Shown here piece after piece: positions 15,001 to 25,694 of a stretch of DNA of 64,000 nt. The stretch spans positions 239,382,001 through 239,446,000 of the forward strand of contig CM097882.1 in the NCBI GenBank assembly GCA_044892505.1. The letters run 5' to 3'. A model generated the notes under the pieces. The model was not told where the DNA came from. It saw only the letters and a program-made list of their open reading frames with translations, and ran no database searches. Each line of letters opens with the position of its first letter. The first letter of the stretch is position 1. Origin of the DNA: Schmidtea nova (Eukaryota). Position numbers and translations under genes: made by a program.

Positions 15001-16827
15001 ACCCATATTGGTACACCCAGACTTCAAGAAGCCATTCTTACTTGCAACAGACGCAAGCGGATATGCAGCAGGAGCAGTATTAGGACAATACGACGATGAA
15101 GGAAAAGAACGCGTAATCGGATATTATAGCCGGACATTCAAAAAGCATGAGAAAAATTACTCAGTAACCGAGCGAGAAGCGTTAGCAATTATACTAGCAA
15201 TTAAACACTTTAAATATTTATTATGGGGACACATCATCTGTATAACCACAGATTACCAACCGCTTGTGTGGTTAGGACAACATAAGGAAACCTCCAGTAG
15301 ATTAATGCGATGGGCAATGCAGCTACAGGAGTACTCACCAGACATAAAATTTAAATCAGGACGAGCGAATGCGAATGCAGACTGTATGTCCAGACTGACA
15401 TTTCCGGAATTAACCGACCCGGATGTACAACGAATTTGTGTATTAATAGCAGAAGATTTAGATTTTAGTGAGTTAAAGAAAGATCAACAGGAAGACAGAG
15501 AGTTAGGACAGATCATAGAGTTCCTAACATCTCGAAATATAGAGGTACTCAAAGATAATAAAGAATTAAAGGAACATATAGGAAAATATCAACATCGATA
15601 TATAATAAATAAAGGATGGTTATTGATACAAGACGGTGAAAAGAGGCTGATGTGTTTACCGGAAAACAGAAGGAAAGAGATAATGATCCAATACCACGAT
15701 GGGAAATTAGGAGGTCATATGTCAGAGAAAAAGACAATAAATCGGATGAGACAGAAATATTATTGGCGAACAATGGAAGAAGATATAAAAGAATGGATTA
15801 AAAATTGCCTAACCTGCGCAACTAGAAAGGATAGTGGGAAGAAATGGAAGAACCCGCTACAACCAATGCCGATACCAGCAGAGCCAATGACAACTATAGC
15901 AATGGACGTAATAGGACCATTACCAGAAAGCTTAAACGGAAACATTTACATACTGGTAATAACGGATTACCTGACGAAATTCCCGGAAGCATTTGCCATG
16001 CAAGATCAAAAAGCAAAAACCGTAGCAAAAATTCTAGTGGAAGAAATATGCTGCAGATATGGAACTCCAAAACAAATACTCACAGACCAAGGAACTAATT
16101 TTATGAGTGAGTTATTAGGCGAGGTGACAAACTATTTCAGAATAGCGAAATTGAGAACTTCACCATATCATCCACAAACGAATGGTCAAACAGAGCGATT
16201 CAATGGCACATTGATTAGAATGTTATCAAACTATGTCAGCAGACACCAAACTGATTGGGACGAATACATAAAATTATGTTTAATGGCATACCGAATGTCG
16301 ATACATGCCGCAACAAAACTAAGCCCGTTTCAACTTATGTATGGCAGAGAATGCAACATGCCCATAGATTTGGAGTACCAGCCACCATTATCGCAATATA
16401 TGGAAGATGACGACTACGTAACCAAATTCAAAGAAAGAATGCAGGAAATATGGAAAACGGCAGAACTTAACATTAAATTTTATCAGGAAAGTTATAAAGA
16501 CTTACACGACCAGAAGAAAAATGTTAAAGCGAACGATCTAAAACCAGGAGATTGGGTGATAATAGAAACTCCAGAAATAATACCAGGAACGGTTAAGAAA
16601 CTCCAAAGACCTGGAAGAGGACCTTATGAAATTATATACAAAAAGGACAACAATGTCAAAGTTAAGCTAATAAATCGACCGTTAATACGACCCATATATG
16701 TAAACACCTGCAGATGTAAGAAGGTGCCTAAAACGATAACTACAACACCAGAGAATCGAATAATAACCAGATCACAAACAGCCAGGATAAACATGCTCAG
16801 AGCAAACACCAGCGAAGACGACAAAAC
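1..16827 (+). repeat. Near-identical duplicate of 20136-36964 (TIR flank + 5' LTR + leader + gag to IN), ending at an N gap
   Basis: Constant offset 20135 (20137 after two 1-nt deletions); same 204-bp flank and same AATC junction. Confidence 0.95.
5560..16827 (+). pseudogene. Frameshifted, gap-truncated copy of the polyprotein (track ORFs 5560-13227, 13224-14534, 14519-gap)
   Basis: Missing C at ~13222 (atgcaatg vs atgccaatg) and missing A at ~14470 (gataagag vs gataaagag). Confidence 0.85.
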
Positions 16828-17327
16828 NNNNNNNNNNNNNNNNNNNNNNNNNNNNNNNNNNNNNNNNNNNNNNNNNNNNNNNNNNNNNNNNNNNNNNNNN
16901 NNNNNNNNNNNNNNNNNNNNNNNNNNNNNNNNNNNNNNNNNNNNNNNNNNNNNNNNNNNNNNNNNNNNNNNNNNNNNNNNNNNNNNNNNNNNNNNNNNNN
17001 NNNNNNNNNNNNNNNNNNNNNNNNNNNNNNNNNNNNNNNNNNNNNNNNNNNNNNNNNNNNNNNNNNNNNNNNNNNNNNNNNNNNNNNNNNNNNNNNNNNN
17101 NNNNNNNNNNNNNNNNNNNNNNNNNNNNNNNNNNNNNNNNNNNNNNNNNNNNNNNNNNNNNNNNNNNNNNNNNNNNNNNNNNNNNNNNNNNNNNNNNNNN
17201 NNNNNNNNNNNNNNNNNNNNNNNNNNNNNNNNNNNNNNNNNNNNNNNNNNNNNNNNNNNNNNNNNNNNNNNNNNNNNNNNNNNNNNNNNNNNNNNNNNNN
17301 NNNNNNNNNNNNNNNNNNNNNNNNNNN
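16828..17327. other. Assembly gap (500 N)
   Basis: N run. Confidence 1.
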
Positions 17328-17422
17328 TATATTGTGTTTCTGATAGCATCCATTTTGGTATCTTGAGATCTTTAGATAGTCCTAAATCCATGAAACTAAT
17401 TATTATTAATTCTGTAAATTAA

Positions 17423-17869
17423 TCTATTAGGATAAAAAGTGTTTCCCTTCAAAAAACAAACGAAACTGTAAATATTGATTTTCAACAACTGAATGTTCGA
17501 CCCAGTATAAATAGAGAGTTATCTGGAAATATTCTTATTAAAACTTTTCACAATCAAATTTTAACTATTCCTTATGCAGCTGATGTCATTCATAGTTCTT
17601 TAGTATACGATGCAAACAATACCAAATTCTTTTGTGATTTCAAGAAACAGTTAGAAAAAGATTCCCCATACATAAATACAGTTGCCAAGCAATACAAATT
17701 TCGCCCACTGGAACACAACGAAGTACTACTAAATTTATTTATAAAATTGCATAAAATTAAAATCGGGGAAACAGAAATAAAATTGGTGAATCGGCAACCA
17801 CACCAAAAATCAAAATGCCTTGGTGTGATTGTCGGTTCATTAAAATTATTATTTATTGAAATTATATAA
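17423..17869 (+). other. Met-less stop-free frame of 148 codons: possible host exon or TE fragment
   Basis: Hand translation SIRIKSVSLQKTNETVNID...IKIGETEIKLVNRQPHQKSKCLGVIVG; the end weakly resembles the non-LTR RT C-terminal motif IxIxxxxI....KxLGVI. Confidence 0.3.
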
Positions 17870-17888
17870 TTTAAGTTTAATATTTTTA

Positions 17889-18044
17889 NNNNNNNNNNNN
17901 NNNNNNNNNNNNNNNNNNNNNNNNNNNNNNNNNNNNNNNNNNNNNNNNNNNNNNNNNNNNNNNNNNNNNNNNNNNNNNNNNNNNNNNNNNNNNNNNNNNN
18001 NNNNNNNNNNNNNNNNNNNNNNNNNNNNNNNNNNNNNNNNNNNN
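17889..18044. other. Assembly gap (156 N)
   Basis: N run. Confidence 1.
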
Positions 18045-18356
18045 GGGGTTACTGATCTCAACACAGCTGAGTCCAATTTTAAATAAAACTAATATTTATA
18101 AATAATAATATGTAATATTATAATTTATGTTTAGTCGGTTGCTAGTTCCTATAAATAAATGAACACAAGATAATTACTTTTCTAATGTTTAATGAAAATA
18201 AAATATACAAAATCTGTTTTTGTGTTTTACAAATTACAAAAGATAAAATACAAGGAATGGATTCACTGATCCCTGCTGTCTTTACCAGCCTGCAAGAAAT
18301 AGTTGGCACCTGAGTAGCACAACTATCGCAAATAAATAAAGAGGGCAAGCAAGAAT

Positions 18357-19048
18357 TGATTTTGGGGCTACCCGAGTAGTGGTGAAACGGTAATTGTTTC
18401 CCTCTACTTCTTCAATTTAATACTATTATTTATTTACTTAACACGGTTAATACTGTAAAAGTAATTAACCGTCGCTTTAAGATTCCCTTTACTTTTCAAT
18501 AAAACAAAATTACAAGTCTCAGACGATTCTCGAATAATCGTTAATTCCGCGTCCGCTGAAAAATTTATCTCTTGCTAGTGTCCCAACAAAACTTCTTGTA
18601 AATAATAATCCTCCTGGAACGTCCTTCTCAGTTTTGCACTTTCAATTGTCGTCTAATTTCGTCTTAAACTTTTCTGTCTCAAGTTTTCGATCGTTCAATG
18701 GTAGTACCATTATGGTACTCCCAACTTTCGTCAAACAACTCAAATTTTATCGTCAAATGTATTATCGTCCGTAATATTATCGTCCCTTCGATTTGTTTTG
18801 TTAAGGTTTATATACTTACAGCAAACTAATAATTCTATAATTAGTATTTAAAATTACTATTTTTAACTAATTCTTTATTTATAATTACCAAAAATAGCTT
18901 GATTCTATTTTTAGTAATTGTTTTCTCTAATTTTATATTTATAGTAATTATTTATTATTTTAATCTATTTTAAGTGATTAAGTATTGCTATTATTGTTAT
19001 TAAAACTTTATCTTTTTATTCTTTAAGGCCAAGGGCCTGACCCTAACA
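18357..19048 (-). repeat. Probable 3' LTR of an older minus-strand LTR element (left end uncertain)
   Basis: Minus strand reads CGGGACGCAAATCTTGTAGGGGGTAAGACT|TGTTAGGG, the same pre-LTR motif as the giant element; candidate end ...CCCCAAAATCA at 18357; partner LTR not in window. Confidence 0.5.
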
Positions 19049-19310
19049 AGTCTTACCCCCTACAAGATTTGCGTCCCGAAAAAAAATATTAACTAAAAAT
19101 AAAAAGATATTAAGATAAGTACAGATGGCTGATAGTAAAAACAGCATTACATATACAAATAAAACATAAAAAAATAAAATAAAACGTATTTATACACATA
19201 TTAATCACAATAAATAGTCAGACAAAGAATCATAGATCATAAAATAAATGTCAGAAATGTCATATCTAAGATCCTCCTCGACGTATTGTATTGATTGAAT
19301 CTGGGTTTCA

Positions 19311-19927
19311 TCATTGGTTCTCAAGATTTGACTCTGGAACTTTATAAAGATTCACATCTGTAGTGCTATACGAATTACTGATAACATACTTTTGTCTAGC
19401 CTTCCCTTTACGTTGTCTTAATGTGTCAAGATCAACGCTTACGGCTAAAGACATATCGTCCAAGGCACTCGACAGGATCAAGGTTGATCCCAAATAAGGT
19501 ACACCATTGACATCATATACATCATAATTGGAATTATTATTTATGGACATACGAGTAACCTGCTTGTCATTATACACTTTTGCCCGTGGCTTCCACATTA
19601 CGTTTGGCCTCTTTTACCACATTGGGCCAAAACCGTCGATATCTATCTGTACTGGTTTTAGAATTATGTTTTCCTTCCTGATTGTCAACTTCTTTCGCAC
19701 CTCAAGTTCTGAATTTACTCGCAACTCCTCTTGTAACTGCTTATCTGCGGGTTCGAATGACACTTCTATTAAATCATCGTCTTCTGGTTCTACAAATACT
19801 TTCTCGGGTTTCTTAAAAACCTGTGTAACTTACTCGGTTTGTTTCTTAGCTGGTTTTGGTGTTGTTCTCAGTTTGAGTTTTGATTTGTCTCTCTTTTTGG
19901 GTAACAGTTTATGCAAAATCGACTTGG
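19311..19927 (-). pseudogene. C-terminal half of the outer element's decayed ORF, split by the fold-back insertion
   Basis: Removing 19934-62067 joins ISEGR|PKSILHKLLPKK in frame; internal TAA at 19832-19830 and 19616-19614. Confidence 0.75.
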
Positions 19928-20733
19928 GTCTTCAGTAGGAGGCTATGAGCGGTCCAGATCCACTACCCCCCATGTGTGTATATTACGTAATCGCTCGGAC
20001 TTTACATAGCACACATGATTACGCAATTCTCGGGTTTTAAATAGCACACACGTTATTACGTAATATTTCTCGGCCTTTTACATAGCACACAAATTATGAC
20101 GTCATGATTACGTAATCGAGGTCAAAGGTCAAGGTCATTTCGAGGTCGAGGTCAAGGTCATTTTTTTGTTTTAATTTTAATTTTTTGGCGCAATTTTTGA
20201 ATTTTATTGCCGTTTGTTTAAATAAAGTAAATAATTATTTTTTTGGCGCAATTTTTGAATTTTACCGCATTTTTTTTTTGAATTTTAGTGTAAATTTTTT
20301 GTCGCAATTTTTTGAATTTAAGCGTCATTTTGTTTAATCTGTTGGGCCCACCAATTGGTCTAAAAAGGCAAAAATATTGTACTAATTTAAACAATAAATA
20401 CAAATAATAACCACAAAAAAAAAAAAAAAAAAAAAACATTCGAAAAACCTAAATTAAAAATTAAAATAAAATAATAAATAATAATTACTAAATTTCCAGC
20501 AAAGGAAGAAAATCAAATTGACACGAGAACGAGCAGTATGGGGGTCTGAAATAAGAAAATTACAAATAAAATCAAATAAAAGTACAATTAATTGGTTAAT
20601 TACTTGAAAAATCGAGACCACCCAGCGAGAAATCTGAACCGGAAATTTAAAATGGTTTATATTAAAATAAAATAACAAAATTACTTTGATGGACGGCCTG
20701 ATCCTGATTGGTCAATCTGACCAACTGGATCAG

Positions 20734-20741
20734 TATAAATA
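20734..20741 (+). promoter_or_regulatory. Putative LTR TATA box with upstream CCAAT/ATTGG boxes
   Basis: TATAAATA preceded by GATTGGTCAATCTGACCAAC (~20706-20725); same in all three LTR copies. Confidence 0.45.
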
Positions 20742-21637
20742 CCGATCCAAAAATCATACAGATAACACCTAACAAATTAGTTACCGAACTGATCTATCAT
20801 AGTCAACTTTGATACGATAAATACTGTATAAATTTTTGGAGAACACTGCATCGTGGATTTAAACAGTAAATTTTTTTTTTGTATTGTATTTTGTATTAAT
20901 TTTTATGATATGTTTCATGATTCCCATTTGTTTTATTTTCATTTAATATAATTTATTACTATTGCTCTATTTCTCTTATGCCATTATTTTTATGATATAA
21001 TAAATATACTTCCTCAGTAGCTTACGCTGCGAGGGAGCAAGCCGTAAATGTGGGATTTCACCGTTCCACAAGATGGTGAGCAGAGTTTTTATTAGTATTC
21101 TTTATTTAATTTCATTTTATCGGAAGTTTCACGGTACGGTAAAGTTGTGCAGGGACAAGGACACGAGTAAAATTTGTAGACAGTGGTTAACATTTACATT
21201 CGATCAGACAGGCGAAAACAAAACTATAATATCAATTATCAGGTCGACTAGATCGATTTTTCTCATATACACGCGAATTTTTGTGAATCAACATAGCGGA
21301 TCGAAATAACGTCCGGACACACCGAGACGATTTCGACGTTCCAACTACAGTTTAATTTAGACATAAATAACGACATATTCGGATCGACACTACTGATTAA
21401 ATAAATAAAATCGTAACCTGATCGCTGTACATAGCGCAGGTAATAATAGGTAAATTTTTCATATTCCGATCGCTGTACATAGCGACGGTGTTAATTGAAT
21501 AGTCTGGAAAATATTTTTTTTATTCCTCCTTTTCACATTTTTTTTGTGTTATTGATCAGCGAGCAGAGCACTTTTTTCTCAGGTCTCACCAAAATTTACG
21601 GATTCGTCGCAATAAAATTTATTATTAATTTTCTCAG

Positions 21638-22138
21638 ATGAAAGCAACGATGCTGGATGAATTTCTAACCACTCAACGTCATGTGGCACGGGTCGAAAAT
21701 CCTCTAATCCGGACGCAACGGAAGAAATTGAAGTCGCTCCCACAGGAACTCCTCAGAACGCTAAATGCGTTGATGTATAAATGGAGAAGGGAACTAGGAA
21801 AGAAATGTCCATTTTCGATTTGGACCGGTGGATTGGATACCATCGTATATCGAGGAGGCCCCGGATGGGAAATTCAGGACGAAAGAGACCGGGAGACGAC
21901 AGCTCTGTTCATCATAGTGGTGTCAGACAGCGAAGGAAATCCCACGACAGCGATCCATTGGGGATATGTCTCACCGCTCAAGTTGCTTAAATTCGGGTTG
22001 ATTCCGAATCACCTACCGAAAACGTGCCACGGACGCCCCAAACTAAACTGTTCGATGGCTCACATCCGAAGAAATCCAGTCAATCACGGGTTGCATATTA
22101 CTCCCGTTCACGGCCTCAAGCGAAGTGTTTTCCACTAA
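21638..22138 (+). CDS. LTR-internal ORF1, 166 aa, unknown function (copies at 1503-2003 and 47903-48403)
   Basis: GC-richer open frame in an AT-rich LTR; preceded by ttttctcag|ATG and followed by AATAAA (22175-22180) and a GT-rich tract; intact in all 3 LTRs. Confidence 0.6.
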   Translation: MKATMLDEFLTTQRHVARVENPLIRTQRKKLKSLPQELLRTLNALMYKWRRELGKKCPFSIWTGGLDTIVYRGGPGWEIQDERDRETTALFIIVVSDSEGNPTTAIHWGYVSPLKLLKFGLIPNHLPKTCHGRPKLNCSMAHIRRNPVNHGLHITPVHGLKRSVFH

Positions 22139-22277
22139 ACATTATATTCACATTTTTATAAACTAAACGATTTCAATAAATTAAATGGTGTTGATCCGTG
22201 TTTTTGTTTGTCCTTAGTTAAATTTATTTCTATTTATTTAATCATATGATTTTTACACTCGACGGATAATATTAATC

Positions 22278-22913
22278 TTGGTAACATGTTTGATGCATTA
22301 TAAATTGGGTTTGTTATTTAGTATGACGGAAACTAGCCAACAGCGAGAATTGGACAAGGCGTGGAGAATCCGCCGAGCATTGGAGAAGGAGCTAAACCAA
22401 GAAAAAGCCTTACGAGCCAAAGCAGAAGCTCAGATTCAGCATTTACGGACCAGCTGGTTCGCACCAGCTCGCATGAAGGAGCAGATGAGTCGGACAGAAA
22501 GGGCTCAAAGGACAGCTGACGATTATCGCACCGAATGGGAAGCAACAAAAATTGAGTTGCGCCGATGTCTCCATTCGGTGACGACTTCATTTATCGAGTC
22601 CGAATTGAAAGCACAAATCCGACCCATTACCTACCAGAAATGGGTAGGAGAACAGAAAGTGGCCTGCTCAGTCAGTACGGACACCGATGGACTCGAGGCA
22701 ACCACAGTGCAGAGTCGAGTGGAAACCACCACTGCACCAACTCCCGCCGGAAAACCGAATAAGCGAAAACGAATCGGCTCCAAGCGTCGTCGCCAAAGGA
22801 AGCTGTTTTCTCAGCAATTGCAGACACAAGTAACCACGATGGCAGGAATGTCGGAAGCCGAGTGGTTGGCAGAGATGTTTCCACCTGAAGGAATATTCAA
22901 AGAATTCCTATAA
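22278..22913 (+). CDS. LTR-internal ORF2, coiled-coil protein with basic NLS-like motif (first ATG 22323; copies at 2143-2778 and 48543-49178)
   Basis: Heptad-like N-terminus (RELDKAWRIRRALEKELNQEK) and KPNKRKRIGSKRRRQRK; intact in all 3 LTRs. Confidence 0.6.
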   Translation: MVTCLMHYKLGLLFSMTETSQQRELDKAWRIRRALEKELNQEKALRAKAEAQIQHLRTSWFAPARMKEQMSRTERAQRTADDYRTEWEATKIELRRCLHSVTTSFIESELKAQIRPITYQKWVGEQKVACSVSTDTDGLEATTVQSRVETTTAPTPAGKPNKRKRIGSKRRRQRKLFSQQLQTQVTTMAGMSEAEWLAEMFPPEGIFKEFL

Positions 22914-23411
22914 CAGCTAGAATACGATGTCAGATTGTGGACTTAATTAAAATTTTGCTCGTTTTTGTTTTTTTTTTGTTGTTGTTAATTCCTAAGTATT
23001 TTTCCTTCGATTACATAATTCGTACCATTACCTGTAAATTACCCGTCACACAACGAAAAGAGTAGCGATAAAGAACTTAAATATTATCAAATTCGTAGTT
23101 TCGTTTTGCTTGTTTGTTTTTTGTTTTTACGATAATTACATAACCGCACACACACACACAATAGAACTATAATTGCGTAAGTCCTTCTACGGCCGCGTGA
23201 ACCCGTAAACATAAAGGGGGAGTAGTCCTAGCAATAGTGCTCACCTGCCCCTCATTGTTTAATCACCCTGCGCATCACCAACTTGGTTATCAAGGGAAAT
23301 AATCAAGGGCGCTCGAGTGTAACTTACGACTATTTATGCATGATCATGGATGGAAGATCCCTAGCCGTCATTTGAATTTTTATCAACCCGTCCATGAACC
23401 CAGCATAAATT

Positions 23412-23429
23412 TGGGGGCTCAGCCGGGAT
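23412..23429 (+). other. Primer-binding site, tRNA-Pro-like
   Basis: TGGGGGCTCAGCCGGGAT, 16/18 match to the retroviral tRNA-Pro PBS TGGGGGCTCGTCCGGGAT, 6 nt after the LTR end. Confidence 0.85.
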
Positions 23430-23672
23430 CAACTTCGTTTTATCGGAAAAAGGTGAATGAAAAATCTGCAGAGAAGTTAAAGTGCTCGTGTCGTATGAAT
23501 AAATTTAATAAAAACAGAAAATTGGTAATTAAATCTAAATGATGTACAAAAATAAACAACAAACACAACAGCAAATAAAAGTAAAGTTATAAAAATCGAA
23601 TGCATGCATAAACAATTTGTCGGGACGACAATTTTCGGAAACACGGGGAGAGTAAATAAATGCTAAAAGATG

Positions 23673-23783
23673 CAAAACGAAACATATTACTACTTTAAAT
23701 AAATATTAAATTCACAAAACGAAACATATTACTACTTTAAATAAATATTAAATTCACAAAACGAGACATATTACTACTTTAAA
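23673..23783 (+). repeat. 42-bp tandem repeat x2.6 directly upstream of the RING ORF
   Basis: Unit CAAAACGAAACATATTACTACTTTAAATAAATATTAAATTCA starts at 23673, 23715 and 23757. Confidence 0.9.
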
Positions 23784-23784
23784 A

Positions 23785-24288
23785 ATGATAAAAACAACAA
23801 AGTTAAAACGATTATTTATTCAGCAAATGGAGGAAAAACTGAAAGAAATCGAAGAATTTCTCAACACAGAAAGCGAAACATTAGCAACAATTGGCAAGAA
23901 AATAAACCGATTTAGAGAAATTGAATTTCAAGAACCCACAACACAGACCGAAGAAACAGATGAATTAATAAAGATAACAGAAAGAACAAGTAAAATCGAC
24001 ATAAAAACCCGCTACAAATGGTACCAAGCACGACTAGAGAATGCGGAGCTAAACATTAGATGCAGACAAATAGAACAACAATTAACCCCAACATACAAGC
24101 GATGGAGGGCGCAAGGGGTAGAAGCAGCGAAAAAATACCGACAGTGCTATATATGTGAAAACAACGAGATACAAATTATGTTTTTACCTTGCGGACATTT
24201 CCGTTTTTGTAAGATCTGTGCCAGCAAGTGTGACCGGTGTCCGATGTGCAACTTTACCGTGAATGAAAAAATTATAGTTTATTTGTAA
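23785..24288 (+). CDS. Coiled-coil + C-terminal C3HC4 RING protein (IAP/MDM2-type RING, no BIR), 167 aa (copy at 3650-4153)
   Basis: CYICENNEIQIMFLPCGHFRFCKICASKCDRCPMC at 24145-24249, close to the C-terminus. Confidence 0.85.
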   Translation: MIKTTKLKRLFIQQMEEKLKEIEEFLNTESETLATIGKKINRFREIEFQEPTTQTEETDELIKITERTSKIDIKTRYKWYQARLENAELNIRCRQIEQQLTPTYKRWRAQGVEAAKKYRQCYICENNEIQIMFLPCGHFRFCKICASKCDRCPMCNFTVNEKIIVYL

Positions 24289-24770
24289 TAAATGTTTAGA
24301 GTTGATTAGTAAAAGATCGAATGGTGAATCATGGGAACAATCATTGTATTTAAATAATTTTTGAGCTACTGCAAAGTAGTCCGATAAGAATCCATTGGGG
24401 GGTACCGATTGATCAACCTAGTCAGGGTATATAGAAAGGGGCCCATCGCAAATGTTGGAAAGTTTTTGTGATGTGATTGATCACCACATCCTGCATTAAT
24501 AGACCAACGCGATCTTTGTGTATATTTTGGTTGGGGAGAGAGATAGGGAAATCTCGATGGAGTAAAGCGCGCATAGAGAAAAATAAATAAAAAGTTGAAG
24601 CAGACTGATCAGGAATTAGTTATGATAGAACAAAGAGATAAATGACAATTTTGAGAGAATAAAAGGTGCATAGTCAGCTCGCATAGAAGTAGTTATAACT
24701 CAGCTGAGAAGTTTTAATCGCTAGCGAAGTAGGGAATTGTGATTAACCGGTTAAGTAAAGTTATACGAGA

Positions 24771-24853
24771 TTTGTCCCTTGAAACAAAGGGTTATTAGAG
24801 TTGTCCCTTGAAACAAAGGGTTATTAGCGGTTTGTCCCTTGAAAAAAAGGGTT
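24771..24853 (+). repeat. 3 x ~30-bp tandem repeat containing a CCCTT-N6-AAGGG inverted repeat
   Basis: TTGTCCCTTGAAACAAAGGGTT(ATTAG) three times. Confidence 0.9.
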
Positions 24854-24904
24854 GAGGCCAACGAGCCTTATTGAATGACCTAGCTAGGCGTTATGGAGAG
24901 ATTA

Positions 24905-25084
24905 ATTGAGGCCAATAGAGCCAGTGAGATATTAAATTAAGGCCAATAGAGCCATGTGAGATATTAAATTAAGGCCAATAGAGCCATGTGAGATATTAAA
25001 ATTGAGGCCAATAGAGCCATTTGAGATAGTAAAATGAGGCCAATAGAGCCATGTGAGATATAAAATTGAGGCCAAAAGAGCCAT
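24905..25084 (+). repeat. 6 x ~31-bp tandem repeat carrying CCAAT boxes; possible internal promoter
   Basis: Unit ~ATTGAGGCCAATAGAGCCATGTGAGATATTAA; five units have GGCCAATAG, the sixth GGCCAAAAG. Confidence 0.85.
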
Positions 25085-25694
25085 AGTGGATTATAGAGAT
25101 ATCCGGATAAATAGTAACAGAGGGAATATAGACCCATAGTGTAATCGTCGACGAGATTTAGAATAGTGCGCACTAGTAGTTAAGAAATGCGAGTAAAGCT
25201 GATTATGCAACCTTAAGTAAAGCATGCAAGGAGAATAATAAAAATTCGAGCTGACCGGAGCAACCGGCAGAATGAGTAAAACGATTGCTAGCAGGGAATA
25301 ATGAATAAAGATGATAAAATAATGATAAACGAGTCAGAAAGACTCAGGGAATTAGAGCGCTCGAGCGACCAATAAATTGGGAAACTGTGGGAAAAGTAAT
25401 GGATTTGATAAAACATAGATAATTATTACGACATAAATAGATAATTGTGACCAGTCTATAGATAATTTAAATAGACTAAAAATAAAGGGGAATCTGGGAA
25501 TTGGGAAATAATGAAAACCCAGTAATAAGTAATCCCGAAAGAAAGGGAATAAAAGCGCGACGATAACAATAAGGTATCGTTGAGGACCTTTGTATTTTAG
25601 ATATACAAATCAATCAAATCAATCAAGCAACAAGAAGAATCAGAAAAACGATAATAGATAGGACAAGAAAATTGATAATATAAAAGTAATCCAG

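Larger units (their letters stand above)
20340..23405 (+). repeat. 5' LTR (3066 bp)
   Basis: Starts TGTTGGGCCC, ends AACCCAGCA; near-identical to 46602-49670 and 205-3270. Confidence 0.96.

Noticed and set aside
16624-18086. Track ORFs spanning X runs (16624-17391, 16772-17353, 17849-18076, 17856-18086 and the tail of 14519-17422)
   Set aside because: Artefacts of translating through N gaps.
20218-21309. Short ORFs at 20218-20439, 20454-20678 and 21073-21309 and their copies
   Set aside because: Phe/Ile/Lys-rich products of AT-rich TIR/LTR sequence; one crosses the insertion junction; no coding signature.
23412-23429. tRNA gene fragment
   Set aside because: Only an 18-nt complement of a tRNA 3' end next to the LTR, i.e. 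a PBS; no cloverleaf.
24771-25084. Regular ~30-bp repeats resembling a CRISPR array
   Set aside because: Head-to-tail repeats with no unique spacers, no cas genes, and a eukaryotic retroelement context.
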